Positions 17,226 through 27,189 of a stretch of DNA of 64,000 bases are shown piece after piece. The DNA is from Hyphomicrobiales bacterium. Its GTDB lineage: Bacteria; Pseudomonadota; Alphaproteobacteria; Rhizobiales; Aestuariivirgaceae. A program made the translations under genes and the position numbers. The DNA lies in assembly GCA_016792865.1 (NCBI GenBank), contig JAEUMJ010000045.1, forward strand, positions 3,960 to 67,959. The letters run 5' to 3'. The notes under the pieces were generated by a model. It saw nothing but the letters and a program-made list of their open reading frames with translations, was not told the DNA's origin and searched no databases. The number at the start of each line of letters is the position of its first letter. Position 1 is the first letter of the stretch.

Positions 17226-18483
17226 GGCCGATCCCCCGCCACGCCAGTCGCGCCGTTCCCATCGCGGCGTGCTCGCTCTCCGGCTCCCGGGCCGGAACCG
17301 CAAGGGCGCGAAGCCGCATCTTTGTCCACGCCGCGTTCGCCGCCCCGCCACCCACGCTGCGGATGGAGGTGAGCGGCGATGCGCCGAGTTCGGCCAGCTT
17401 GCGGTACGCCAGCGCCTCGACTGCCGCGATTCCTTCCAGCAGGCCCTGGAGGAAGACGTGATCCTCGGCAGGACGCGGACTGAGACGCGGCTCGAAACCG
17501 GGATCATTGATGGGGAAGCGTTCACCGGGTCGCGGAAGCGGATAGTAGTCAAGGCCGGTCGGCACGTCTGCATCCATCAGCGCGGTCAGCCTCGCAATCT
17601 CGTCACGCGAGAAGAACATGGCCAGCACGCCGCCGCCGGTGTTTGACGCGCCACCAGCCAGCCATTGCTCGCCGATGCGGTGGCTGTAGATGCCGAATTG
17701 CGGCGCAAAGACGGGTGTCGCCGAAAGCAGCTTGATGGTGAGGGTCGTGCCGAGCGATGAAACGCCGTCGCCCGCGTCCTTCGCACCGCTGGCAAGGAAG
17801 GCCGCACAGCCGTCGGTCGTTCCCGCCACCACGGCGACATCAGGCGGCAATCCGAACTGCCGCGCCATCGCAGGCAGGATGGTGCCGACCCGCTCGCCCG
17901 CAGGCACCACGGCCGGAAAGCGCGCCACATCGAAACCCGTTCCCGAAATCCACTTCGGCCAGGCCCGCACAATGGGATCATAGCCCGACTTCAGCGCATT
18001 GTTTTCGTCCGACACGTCGAAGCGGCCACAGAGCCTGCCCACGAGCCAGTCCGCCTGGTGGAGGATGCGCGGAGCCTGCCCGTCCATCATCATCGCCCGC
18101 GCCAGCGGTGAGGTCGAACCCAGTGCCGCCGTCTCGGCGGGTGCCTTGGCCTGGATCGCCTTCACCGCACCGGCCTCGGCCACATCATTGTACATCGAGG
18201 CAAGCCCAAGCGGCGTTCCATCCGCATCGCAGGGCAGGATGGTGCCCGATGTGCCGTCAACCGCCAGGGCCAGCACGCGAAGGCCGTCGCGATTCAATCC
18301 GTCAAAGGCCGCCACAAGCGCATCCCACCAGATCGCGGGATCCTGCAGGGCGCGGCCGAAATCCGTAAGCGGCGCCGCCATGGCCGCCTGCGACATGGCC
18401 AGCAGCGCCCCATCGCGGCCCCGCGCGGCGATGCGCACCCCTGAGGTGCCGATGTCGATGCCGAGAACTGCGTCCTGTGTCAT
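17215..18483 (-). CDS. FGGY-family carbohydrate kinase (short, about 422 aa, YoaC / ribulokinase-like subgroup)
   Basis: Starts MTQDAVLGIDIGTSGVRIA (phosphate-1 motif). Also GTTDGCAAF and GGGAAN motifs. Upstream part of track ORF 17215..18741 discarded. Confidence 0.8.
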   Translation of the reverse strand: MTQDAVLGIDIGTSGVRIAARGRDGALLAMSQAAMAAPLTDFGRALQDPAIWWDALVAAFDGLNRDGLRVLALAVDGTSGTILPCDADGTPLGLASMYNDVAEAGAVKAIQAKAPAETAALGSTSPLARAMMMDGQAPRILHQADWLVGRLCGRFDVSDENNALKSGYDPIVRAWPKWISGTGFDVARFPAVVPAGERVGTILPAMARQFGLPPDVAVVAGTTDGCAAFLASGAKDAGDGVSSLGTTLTIKLLSATPVFAPQFGIYSHRIGEQWLAGGASNTGGGVLAMFFSRDEIARLTALMDADVPTGLDYYPLPRPGERFPINDPGFEPRLSPRPAEDHVFLQGLLEGIAAVEALAYRKLAELGASPLTSIRSVGGGAANAAWTKMRLRALAVPAREPESEHAAMGTARLAWRGIGHDA

Positions 18484-18518
18484 GTGCTGTCCGGGTACGA
18501 AAACTGGAAAGGTAGCGA

Positions 18519-19541
18519 TTACTTGAAGGCCAGCAGTTGCGCCGCGGTGGCTTCGTCGGTCAACAGCCGGTTGGCATAGCCCGCAACCAGGGCGCCATGG
18601 ATCACGCCCACCTTGGCCTTGCCGCCGGACGCGAGAATGGAATCCTTCACCGCCTTGAGATGCACGGGCGGAAGGCCGACGGCGCGGGAGTTGAGGGGAT
18701 GGTCGATCACTTCGCCCGCCGTGTTGATCCAGTGCGAACACAGGTCGCCCACCGCACCCGTGGCGCGCAGGCTCTGTGCCTCTTCCTCGGTGATGAGGTT
18801 GAGTGCCGTCATGGTGTTGGCATTGGCCAGGTCGCCGACCGAGAGGAAGGCAAGATCGACATTGCAGCCGCGCTCATAGACTTCGCGCAGCATCGGTTGC
18901 TTCATCAGGATGTCGCGGCTTTCCGCCGAGTCGGTGAAGGCGGGGCCCGCGAAGTAATAGCATTGGCCGCCGATGATGTCGGCCAGGTGTGACGCCGTTT
19001 CATGGGGGTTCACGGCTGAGGATTGCGTGAGGCCGCCGATGAGCGACACCACCGAGAGCTTGCGGAAGGCACGACGCGGCACCGACGCGAGGGAAAGGCG
19101 CAGGGTCCGGCCCCAGCCCACCCCGACCGACATGCCATCATGGAGATGCTGCGAGAGATAATGCCCCGCCGCCGCCGCAATCACCTGCCGCAACTGCGAC
19201 GGGTCGGCCGGCGATGGAACGACCACGGCATCCTTGAGGCGATAGCGCTCGACCAGTGCATGCTCAAGCGCGACGCAGGACGCCAGCCGCCCCGTCACCT
19301 GAATCTGCACCAGCCCATGTTCCCGCGCCTGCGCCAGCAGCCGGTTCACCCGTTGGCGGGTCAGGCCCAGCTTCTTGGCGATCTGCGCCTGCGTGCTGTT
19401 GCCGATGAAGTACAGCCACGCCGCCCGCGTTGCCAGTTGCTCCTCCCGGTCGGGTTCCGGAAGCTCGCTCCCGACATCCGAGGGCGCGGCCCGAAGGCCG
19501 GTTCCTGCAACTGACTCTGGGAGGCCATGTGTCATCTGCAT
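18519..19541 (-). CDS. SorC/DeoR-type sugar-binding transcriptional regulator
   Basis: Starts MQMTHGLPES. HTH is YFIGNSTQAQIAKKLGLTRQRVNRLLAQAREHGLV, followed by a sugar-binding domain (GVGWGRTL). The ATG overlaps the upstream gene's stop (TGATG at 19539-19543). Confidence 0.85.
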   Translation of the reverse strand: MQMTHGLPESVAGTGLRAAPSDVGSELPEPDREEQLATRAAWLYFIGNSTQAQIAKKLGLTRQRVNRLLAQAREHGLVQIQVTGRLASCVALEHALVERYRLKDAVVVPSPADPSQLRQVIAAAAGHYLSQHLHDGMSVGVGWGRTLRLSLASVPRRAFRKLSVVSLIGGLTQSSAVNPHETASHLADIIGGQCYYFAGPAFTDSAESRDILMKQPMLREVYERGCNVDLAFLSVGDLANANTMTALNLITEEEAQSLRATGAVGDLCSHWINTAGEVIDHPLNSRAVGLPPVHLKAVKDSILASGGKAKVGVIHGALVAGYANRLLTDEATAAQLLAFK

Positions 19542-20599
19542 CAATTCATGTGGAATTTGGCCCAGGGCGGATCGAGGGGCGTGTTCTCGGTCAGGCAGTC
19601 GAGCAGGGCCTCGGTCAGCGGCACCTTGTCCCGCGCAAGCGTTCCCGCCTTCATCATGGCGCGGAGCGACCCCGCCACGGCGCGACCCAGCTCTGCGCCT
19701 TCGATGGTATCCTCGCGCATCGGCCCAGCCTTCACCTCGCCATAGGTGAGGCCGCGGCCCAGATGATTGCCGAGGCGCGAATTGCGCCCGGCCTGGCAGG
19801 TCACGTAGAGATCGCCTGTGCCGGGCATGCCCCACACGCTTTCGGCGCTGCCACCGAGGGCGCGCGTCAGTTCCATCATCTCGCGCACGGCCTGATCGAA
19901 CAGGATGGCAGCGGCATTGTTGTTGCGGGCCTTGTTCTCCGCATCCGGCAAGACCTCGAGCTTGCCGTGGGCCCAGCCCACGGAGATGGCAAAGAAGTTC
20001 TTGAAGGCGGCACAGGCCTCGACCCCCATCATGTCACCGGAGGTGCGGGGATGATAATAGTCGGTGACGAAGTTGCGGGCGAAGTATTGCGCCAGGTCAG
20101 GGTCGCGCGAGACGACGACGGTGCCGGTCTGGCGGCGTACCGCAAGCTCGCCCGCGATGCAGGGGCCGCCAATGGCCGCCACGGGCACCTTGAAGCCCAG
20201 GCGCTTTTCCAGTTCGGCCTGCACCACATCGGGAAAGGCGGCAAGGCTTGCCGCACCCGGCGACATGCCCTTGGTGATCATGATGACGGGAACAGGTTTC
20301 GCAAGGACACCGGCCAGCTTGTCGATGGCCCAATCAACCCCGGCAGAGGCCACCCCCAGGAGGATGAAATCCGTATCATCCCCGACAGCCTTGCCGAAGT
20401 CCTCATGATGGAATGCTGCGATGCCCCTGGGCAGCGTCACGTTCAGCTTCGGATGCAGCCCCGTGGCCGCAACGCTGTCGATGATGGCGCGGTCGAGATG
20501 GGTACCGACCAGGCGCACCTTCATGCCACGGTCGGCAAAGGGCAGCACCATGGCTGACCCCATCACGCCCGCTCCCAGGATCGTTGCGGTGAGGCTCAC
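19541..20599 (-). CDS. NAD(P)-dependent glycerol-3-phosphate dehydrogenase family protein (GpsA-like)
   Basis: 352 aa. ILGAGVMGSA dinucleotide fold, IGGPCIAGELA, and GTGDLYVTCQAGRNSRLG. The GTG start overlaps the ATPase stop (GTGA). Confidence 0.8.
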   Translation of the reverse strand: MSLTATILGAGVMGSAMVLPFADRGMKVRLVGTHLDRAIIDSVAATGLHPKLNVTLPRGIAAFHHEDFGKAVGDDTDFILLGVASAGVDWAIDKLAGVLAKPVPVIMITKGMSPGAASLAAFPDVVQAELEKRLGFKVPVAAIGGPCIAGELAVRRQTGTVVVSRDPDLAQYFARNFVTDYYHPRTSGDMMGVEACAAFKNFFAISVGWAHGKLEVLPDAENKARNNNAAAILFDQAVREMMELTRALGGSAESVWGMPGTGDLYVTCQAGRNSRLGNHLGRGLTYGEVKAGPMREDTIEGAELGRAVAGSLRAMMKAGTLARDKVPLTEALLDCLTENTPLDPPWAKFHMN

Positions 20600-21648
20600 A
20601 GCACCTTGCCCGTATCAGCATCGAAGAGATGAACGCGGTCGAGGCGCGGCGCGAGGCCCACCATCTCGCCGCGCTTGAGCTCGGCACGGCTGCGCAGCAC
20701 GGCACACACTTCCTCCTCGCCGAGATCGCCATAGAGGTGAAGCTCCGGCCCGGTCGGCTCCGTGACCGACAGCTTGATGTCGAACCCTTTGCCAAGCTCC
20801 AGGTCTTCCGGACGGATGCCATAGACCACATGCTGGCCGTCCCTGGCACGGCTGTCCTTGGGCGGAAGCGGAAGGCGCGCACCGTTCGCGGCGACGACGG
20901 CACCCTTGCTCACGGTGCCCTTGATCAGGTTCATGGCCGGAGAGCCGATGAAGGAGGCCACGAACAGGTTGGCGGGATGATCGTAAACGTCGAGCGGAGT
21001 CCCCTCCTGTTCGATGATGCCGTCACGCAGGATGACGATCTTGTCGGCCATGGTCATGGCTTCGATCTGGTCGTGGGTCACATAGACTGTCGTGGTCTTG
21101 AGGCGCTCGTGAAGCTCCTTGATCTCGGTGCGCATCTGCACGCGCAACTTGGCATCGAGATTGGAGAGCGGCTCGTCGAACAGGAACACCGACGGGTTGC
21201 GCACGATGGCGCGGCCCATGGCGACGCGCTGGCGCTGTCCACCCGACAATTCGCGGGGAAAGCGGGCCATGTAGGGTTCGAGATTGAGGATCTTCGCCGC
21301 CCACGAGGTCTTCTCGTCAATCTCGGACTGCGGGCGCTTGGCCAGCTTGAGCGAGAAGCTCATGTTGTCCTTCACGTTCATGTGGGCATAGAGCGCGTAG
21401 TTCTGGAAGACCATGGCGATGTCACGGTCCTTCGGATGCTCGTCATTCACCCGCCGCCCGCCGATCTCGATGTCACCGGAGGTGATCGTCTCAAGGCCGG
21501 CGATCGATCTCAGCAGGGTGGACTTGCCGCAACCCGACGGCCCCAGCAAGACGACGAAGCTGCCATCCGGAATGTCGAGGTTGACCCCGTGGATCACCTC
21601 CACGGCGCCGTAATTCTTCCGGATGTTGCGTAATGTGACTGAAGCCAT
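20596..21648 (-). CDS. Carbohydrate ABC transporter ATP-binding protein (MalK/UgpC/MsmX type)
   Basis: 350 aa. GPSGCGKST, LSGGQRQRVAMGRA, FLFDEPLSNLD, and a C-terminal TOBE-like regulatory domain. Confidence 0.9.
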   Translation of the reverse strand: MASVTLRNIRKNYGAVEVIHGVNLDIPDGSFVVLLGPSGCGKSTLLRSIAGLETITSGDIEIGGRRVNDEHPKDRDIAMVFQNYALYAHMNVKDNMSFSLKLAKRPQSEIDEKTSWAAKILNLEPYMARFPRELSGGQRQRVAMGRAIVRNPSVFLFDEPLSNLDAKLRVQMRTEIKELHERLKTTTVYVTHDQIEAMTMADKIVILRDGIIEQEGTPLDVYDHPANLFVASFIGSPAMNLIKGTVSKGAVVAANGARLPLPPKDSRARDGQHVVYGIRPEDLELGKGFDIKLSVTEPTGPELHLYGDLGEEEVCAVLRSRAELKRGEMVGLAPRLDRVHLFDADTGKVL

Positions 21649-21660
21649 TGGATGCGGTCC

Positions 21661-23019
21661 CTACTGCGGATCGTTTGAAAGGAATTCGTCGAGAAGTCCG
21701 GCGTCATCCGCAAGGTCGAGGAAGGACCAGCGGTTGCGGACATCTCGGGCGTGTTTCATGGCCTCGCGCCAGACGGGCAGCGGCAGGCCGAGTTCGCTTG
21801 CGGTGGTGGGGCCGCCTGCGGCGCGCATGATGCGCACAAGCTCATCCGGGTCGATCATCATGGCCTTCAGCTCTTCCCGAAGCTGCGGCCAGAGATCGGC
21901 AAGGCGGCGGTTGAAGACGGCAGCCTTGTCCGCATCGAAGGATTTCTTCTTCGCTTCCGCAAACATCATGCGCCCGATGCTCTCGCCGTAGCGCCTCACG
22001 AAATCCGTCTCGGAGATCTGCGTGGGCTTGATCTGCGGAGCCTTGTCCAGCGACAGCAGGTACCGGTGCAGGCGGGCCAGCGTGATCGACGCCACGCCCA
22101 CCTGCTGGCCGTGGGTGGTGCCGGGATGGGCCTTTCCGGCGAACATGTCGATCCAGTGCGAGATCTGATGCTCACCCATGGAGCCGGAATGGGACGATCC
22201 CACGATATTGTTGCCGAAGCTGGCGAGGACGAGCACGCGGTAGAGATAACCATTGGCCTCGATGGAACCGGCACCGTAGCCGGGCGAGGTCTTGATCATC
22301 AGTTCCTCGTCCTTCTCCACATGGAAAAGATCGAAGGGTGTCTGGGTGTAGAAGGTATCAAGCAGGCGATGCGCCGCCCACCATTCCACCTGCGCCACCG
22401 GGCGCACGATGGAATCCCCGAAACCCGCCGCCGGAAGCCAGGGCGGGGCGGCGGCATTGACGGCGAGATCGACAAACACCGCGCGCGGGGCGTGGGCCGA
22501 AACGCTGGTCTTGTAGCCGTTGGCGAGGGTGACGGAGGCCGTGCCGGCGCCATAGCCGTTCATCGAGCCCGCGGTGGCGAAGCTCACATATTTGCGGCCA
22601 TCCTTGAAGGTGGCATACTTCACGGTGTCCGACAGCGAGCCGGACCCCACCACCACGCAGCCGTCGCAATGGCGCGTCCTTTCCTGCATCAGCGCGATCG
22701 TCGGCTCGTCGCAATGGGTATCGCCCGGAAAGACGATCTCATCCACGCTGGCCCAGCCGCGCAGTTCCTTGGCCACGCGGCGGCCCATGGCCTCAACCGT
22801 ATTGGTGTCGGACACGACCGCCAGCTTGCGGCCGATGTTCATGGGGGCAACCAGATCGGCAGCCCCGCCGTCGAGCGTTTCCTCGATGCGGATGGTTTCG
22901 AACGGAACCTCGCAGCGCTTGCCCGTGGCAGGGTCACGCCACTCGCCGGAAATCACCTCGCGGATGAGGCTGTTCCAGTCGGTCTTGCCGGTCAGCGATC
23001 TTGGCGGCACAGCGTTCAT
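21661..23019 (-). CDS. Iron-containing alcohol dehydrogenase-fold protein, sn-glycerol-1-phosphate dehydrogenase (AraM/EgsA)-related
   Basis: Starts MNAVPPRSL, an internal ATG of track ORF 21661..23079 that overlaps the upstream stop as TGATG. GSGSLSDTVKY matches the G1PDH/DHQS-like GGGxxxDxxK motif. Also GEHQISHW metal-ligand region. Confidence 0.7.
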   Translation of the reverse strand: MNAVPPRSLTGKTDWNSLIREVISGEWRDPATGKRCEVPFETIRIEETLDGGAADLVAPMNIGRKLAVVSDTNTVEAMGRRVAKELRGWASVDEIVFPGDTHCDEPTIALMQERTRHCDGCVVVGSGSLSDTVKYATFKDGRKYVSFATAGSMNGYGAGTASVTLANGYKTSVSAHAPRAVFVDLAVNAAAPPWLPAAGFGDSIVRPVAQVEWWAAHRLLDTFYTQTPFDLFHVEKDEELMIKTSPGYGAGSIEANGYLYRVLVLASFGNNIVGSSHSGSMGEHQISHWIDMFAGKAHPGTTHGQQVGVASITLARLHRYLLSLDKAPQIKPTQISETDFVRRYGESIGRMMFAEAKKKSFDADKAAVFNRRLADLWPQLREELKAMMIDPDELVRIMRAAGGPTTASELGLPLPVWREAMKHARDVRNRWSFLDLADDAGLLDEFLSNDPQ

Positions 23020-24542
23020 CAGCCTTGCCTCCGTGCAAAGTCCTGAAGCCTGGCATTCCAGCCCGAGACCTGCGGCCACAGATCCTGATAGATGGAAAGC
23101 AGTTCGGCATAGGCCCTGGACTCTTTCGTCCGTGGGCGGAAGGTTTTGGTGGGCTTGCCGCTCATCGCGGCGGATGCGGCAGGCACGCTGCTGTACCAGC
23201 CCGCGCCCTTGGCTGCCGCCATGGCCGCGCCGAGCGCAGACGCCTCAGGCGTCTCCAGGCGCTTGACGTCCCGTCCCGATGCATCGGCCACGATCTGGCA
23301 CCAGAGGTCCGATTTCGATCCTCCCCCCACGATGGCGAAGTGGTCGATGGGGCTTGTCACTTCAGCCACGCGGTTCGTCATCATCGCCTGTTCAAGGGCA
23401 ATGCCTTCCATCAGGGCGCGATAAAGGTCGGCGCGGGTGTGGCTTCCGGAAAGCCCGGCGAAAATGCCCCGGCCGTCGGTATCCCAATAGGGCGTCATGA
23501 TGCCGGAGAAATAGGGAAGCAGCACCAGTCCGCGCGAACCGATCGGCACGGCCTTCGCCTCTGCCTCAAGCTGGGCCAGGATTCCGGGGTTCTTCGCCGG
23601 GTTCTGATGGAACACGCGCTCCACCAGCCAGGTCACAAGATAGGTTCCGGTGCGGATGGCCGTTTCGTAGGAGAAGCCCGTCTCGCCCACGGCCGCAAGG
23701 CTGCGGAAGGAGCGGTCCACCACATAGGCTTCGCCATAGCTGCCGGAAACGGCAGCCGTTCCGAGATTGAGATAGGCGCGACCCTTCAGGAAGGTGTTGG
23801 CACCGGCACCTGCGCATTGGCCATCGCCGCCACCGGCAACGACGGGCGTTCCCGCCTTGAGGCCGGTGCGCCGTGCGGCGTCTGCCGTCACCAGTCCCAT
23901 CACGTCACCCGAAGGCACAAGCAGCGGCAACTGATCGCGGCGCACCCGTGCCGCCTTCATCAGGGTTTCGGACCAGTCGTAAGTCTTGGCATCGAGCAGG
24001 CCCATGGGGCTTGCCGACGAGATCGAGGTCTTCCATTCCCCGGTGAGGAAATGACTGATGACGCCATGCACCTCGGCTGTCTTTGCGGTCCTCTTCCAGA
24101 CCTTCGGCTCATGCTTCGAGAACCAGCGGCAGCGCGTGCGGCAAGGCGTGACATCATTGGGAATGCCCGACAGGTGATGCAGCGTGTCGAGGCCCACCTC
24201 TTCGGCGATCTCCCTCACCTCGACATGGGCACGTTCATCGAGCCACAGCGTTCCGGGACGCAGCGCCTCGCCTGCCGCATCGAACTGCGCAAAGCTCTCT
24301 CGCTGGTTGGAAATGGAGACCGCGGCAACGCGGTCCCTGGAAATCTTCTTCGTCAGTTGCTTCAGCGCCGTCGCAACCGAACCCGTCCAGTCGGCCACCT
24401 CCTGCTCGAACCAGCCCATCCGCGGATTGGAGAGCGGCACGGCGGCACGGCCTTCCGCAACGATGCGGCCGCGCTTGTCAAAGGCGATCGCCTTTGTCGC
24501 GGTCGTTGACTGGTCGATACCGATGACGAGATCGGGCTTCAT
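23019..24542 (-). CDS. FGGY-family carbohydrate kinase (xylulokinase / glycerol kinase-like, 507 aa)
   Basis: Starts MKPDLVIGIDQSTTATKAIAF. Also GGGDGQCAGAG and IVGGGSKSDLWCQI. Upstream 25 codons of track ORF discarded. Confidence 0.85.
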   Translation of the reverse strand: MKPDLVIGIDQSTTATKAIAFDKRGRIVAEGRAAVPLSNPRMGWFEQEVADWTGSVATALKQLTKKISRDRVAAVSISNQRESFAQFDAAGEALRPGTLWLDERAHVEVREIAEEVGLDTLHHLSGIPNDVTPCRTRCRWFSKHEPKVWKRTAKTAEVHGVISHFLTGEWKTSISSASPMGLLDAKTYDWSETLMKAARVRRDQLPLLVPSGDVMGLVTADAARRTGLKAGTPVVAGGGDGQCAGAGANTFLKGRAYLNLGTAAVSGSYGEAYVVDRSFRSLAAVGETGFSYETAIRTGTYLVTWLVERVFHQNPAKNPGILAQLEAEAKAVPIGSRGLVLLPYFSGIMTPYWDTDGRGIFAGLSGSHTRADLYRALMEGIALEQAMMTNRVAEVTSPIDHFAIVGGGSKSDLWCQIVADASGRDVKRLETPEASALGAAMAAAKGAGWYSSVPAASAAMSGKPTKTFRPRTKESRAYAELLSIYQDLWPQVSGWNARLQDFARRQG

Positions 24543-24665
24543 GACGGTCTGCCTGGTCCGGGTTGTGTCGCGCATCACGCGGCTCTCAGCCGCTTGTGCA
24601 CGCGATTGTTCTCGCATGGGGACTGGCGAAAGACCGGGCGCGGGATCTCTTGCCAGTGGGCAAGA

Positions 24666-24691
24666 AACCTTCCCCCTTGCGGGGGAAGGTT
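24666..24691 (-). terminator. Intrinsic terminator-like hairpin after the solute-binding protein gene
   Basis: Perfect 11-bp stem AACCTTCCCCC/GGGGGAAGGTT with a 4-nt loop, followed on the minus strand by TCTTG. A second hairpin TCTTGCC-agtg-GGCAAGA lies at 24648-24665. Confidence 0.6.
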
Positions 24692-24707
24692 CCTTGGTTG
24701 GTGTGGA

Positions 24708-26222
24708 TCAGAGGCCTGCTTCCGCGACCGCTGCGTCGATTGCCGAGGCAATCGTGTCCATGCACTTCTTGGCGTCGCCGCCGAAGTCCTGGCCGGTGAG
24801 CAGCTTGCCGAGGTTCACCGGGATCTCGTTGTTCGAGAAACCGGCCCACAGCGGCATGTCGGGTTCGGAAGCCATGTCGTTGTTGATGGTTTCGAGAACG
24901 ACGGGCAGGTGGCGCGTCGTGCCGGGGCCAACAACTTCCTTGGCCTTCACGCGCGGATCGGCGAAGGACGAGATACGCATCGGGGCGAAACCGCCACCCA
25001 GCGTACAACGGGTCATGATGTCCTTCGAGCAGGCCCACTGCATGAAGATCCAGGCGGCGTCGAGGTTCTTCGAGTACTTCGACAGGCCGAGGATCGAACC
25101 GCCCTGGTGGGCAGCGCCGGGGATTTCGCCGAAACCGGCGTCTGCCGGCGTGGCATACTTCGGCCCGCGGATCGGACGCTTGCATTCCCACAGGCCCTTG
25201 ACCTTGGAATCATCGGCATCCCAGCCGGGGAAGAATTCATCCCACGAGTTGATGAGGGCGACCTGGCCGGACGCACCCATTTGCCACTGGCCGTCCCACG
25301 TCGAGTTCGTGGATTCCGGCGGCGAGTTCTTGAGCCATTCCTGATAGACCTGAAGGCCACGGACACCGGCTTCGTTGTTGCCGGCGAACTTCTTGTCGGC
25401 GCCGAAGATGGTGCCGCCTTCGTTCCAGACAACCTGGGTCCAGTCGCAGTTCAGCGAATAGTGACCCGACTTGGCCTGAAGGCCCGTGCCGTACATGCCG
25501 TTGGCCTTTTCGGCTTCCGTGATCATCTTCACGGCGGCGGTGAACTCCTCGACCGTGTTCGGCGGGGCGATCTTGTGCTTTTCCAGGATGTCCTTGCGGT
25601 ACATCGTGGTCATGATCGGAATGTCGAAGGGAATGCCGACCCACTTGCCTTCGTACACGGCAAGGCCGTCCACCAGCGGCTTGGAGAAGTCGTCCCAGTC
25701 CATGCCGGGCATGGCGAGGTCGGGCTTGTCCTTGTAGTACTGGATGGGGTCAACCGTGTCCTGCGAGAAGGTGGCAACCCACGACTGGTCGAGATAGTAG
25801 ATGTCGTAGGAACCGAGCTGGCCCTGCACGTCCTGGGTCGCCTTGGCGAGCACCTGTTCGAGCGGAACGATTTCGATCTCGACTTCGATGCCCGTGGCTT
25901 CGGTGAATTCACCCTTCAGCTTGTCGAGCACGACAGTCGGGGGCGTGGCTTCCGAGGTGTAGCGGATCTTCGTGCCCTTGAACGGGCCCGAGACGTCCTT
26001 CAGCCACTTGTTGACCTCTGCATCCTGCGCCATGGCTTCTTCGCCAAGGGTGAGGCCGCGGTCACGGCGCACGTTGCCGAGAAGGCCGAGGTTGAAGGCC
26101 GAGAAGCCCACGCCGGCCATGGCGGTCTTCTTCAGGAAGTCACGCTTGGAGATGCGGCGGGCGGCAAAGTCGCGCGCGGCATCGGCGATGAAGGTCTTCT
26201 TGTCGTAATCTCTAAAGCTCAT
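24708..26222 (-). CDS. ABC transporter extracellular solute-binding protein (family 1, CUT1), unusually long (504 aa)
   Basis: The N-terminus carries a Tat-like SKRDFLKKTAMAGVGFSAF. The rest is typical family-1 SBP sequence. Confidence 0.85.
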   Translation of the reverse strand: MSFRDYDKKTFIADAARDFAARRISKRDFLKKTAMAGVGFSAFNLGLLGNVRRDRGLTLGEEAMAQDAEVNKWLKDVSGPFKGTKIRYTSEATPPTVVLDKLKGEFTEATGIEVEIEIVPLEQVLAKATQDVQGQLGSYDIYYLDQSWVATFSQDTVDPIQYYKDKPDLAMPGMDWDDFSKPLVDGLAVYEGKWVGIPFDIPIMTTMYRKDILEKHKIAPPNTVEEFTAAVKMITEAEKANGMYGTGLQAKSGHYSLNCDWTQVVWNEGGTIFGADKKFAGNNEAGVRGLQVYQEWLKNSPPESTNSTWDGQWQMGASGQVALINSWDEFFPGWDADDSKVKGLWECKRPIRGPKYATPADAGFGEIPGAAHQGGSILGLSKYSKNLDAAWIFMQWACSKDIMTRCTLGGGFAPMRISSFADPRVKAKEVVGPGTTRHLPVVLETINNDMASEPDMPLWAGFSNNEIPVNLGKLLTGQDFGGDAKKCMDTIASAIDAAVAEAGL

Positions 26223-26280
26223 GAATTTCCTCCCATTCGGTTTAGAGCATTGGTTTGCAGTTCAGGTTCTCGTTCAAGAC

Positions 26281-27189
26281 CTACTCTTTCAGGGATCCAA
26301 GAGTGAGGCCGCGAACCAGATGGCGTTGCACCAGCAGGATGAAGATGAAGCTGGGGATGATGGCAGCCGTTCCCAGCGCCGTGATGAAGCCCCACTCATT
26401 GCCGGTGGAAGTGACGAAGGTCTGGATCTTGACGGGGATGGCGCGGATCTGCGTGGTCAGGAAGAGCGACAGCAGGAATTCCGTCCAGGCGAAGATGAAG
26501 CAGAGCACGGCGGCAGCGGCGACGCCGCCCTTCACCATGGGCAGGACCACCTTCGAGAAGCTCTGCCAGCGGGTCGCGCCGTCGATCATGGCGGCCTGGT
26601 CCACGTCCTGCGGCACGTCATCGAAGAACGACTTGAGCAGCAGGAGCGCAATCGGCAGGTTCATGAGGGCGTAGATGAGGATGATGCCGACATATCCGAG
26701 AACAAGGTTCTGGTTGTCGCGCATGCCAAGCCCGGCATAGATCGTGACCATCGGCACGAGAATGGCGATCGGCGGCATGAAACGCTGGCCCAGCACCCAG
26801 TTCAGGAACGAGTCGCGCCCGTTGAAGCGCATGCGCGAGAGGGCGTAGGCCGCGAGCACGGCCACCACCATGGTGATGGCGGTGGAGCCGACCGAGATGA
26901 TGATGCTGTCGAGGATGGACTGGCGCGAGTCGTAGGAGCTGGAGCCCGCAACGCCCATGCCCAGGCCGTCGTCGATGGCCAGTTGCGAGCGTGACATGCC
27001 GAACAGCGTCACGCCGTAGTTGATCAGCGTGGGCACGAAGTCGAACCACACCACGCGGTCCTTGTCGAACACCGCCGAGATCGGCTTGATCGATGTCAGC
27101 GCCCACCAGAAGATGGGGAACATGAAGATGCCGGTGACGAGAACCGCCGCCACATCCCGCAACAATTGCCAGCGCCGTGAGAGTTCCAT
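26281..27189 (-). CDS. Carbohydrate ABC transporter permease (CUT1)
   Basis: C-terminal 302 codons of track ORF 26281..27918, starting MELSRRWQLL. EAA loop DQAAMIDGATRWQSFSKVVLP. TGATG overlap with the upstream permease. Confidence 0.85.
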   Translation of the reverse strand: MELSRRWQLLRDVAAVLVTGIFMFPIFWWALTSIKPISAVFDKDRVVWFDFVPTLINYGVTLFGMSRSQLAIDDGLGMGVAGSSSYDSRQSILDSIIISVGSTAITMVVAVLAAYALSRMRFNGRDSFLNWVLGQRFMPPIAILVPMVTIYAGLGMRDNQNLVLGYVGIILIYALMNLPIALLLLKSFFDDVPQDVDQAAMIDGATRWQSFSKVVLPMVKGGVAAAAVLCFIFAWTEFLLSLFLTTQIRAIPVKIQTFVTSTGNEWGFITALGTAAIIPSFIFILLVQRHLVRGLTLGSLKE

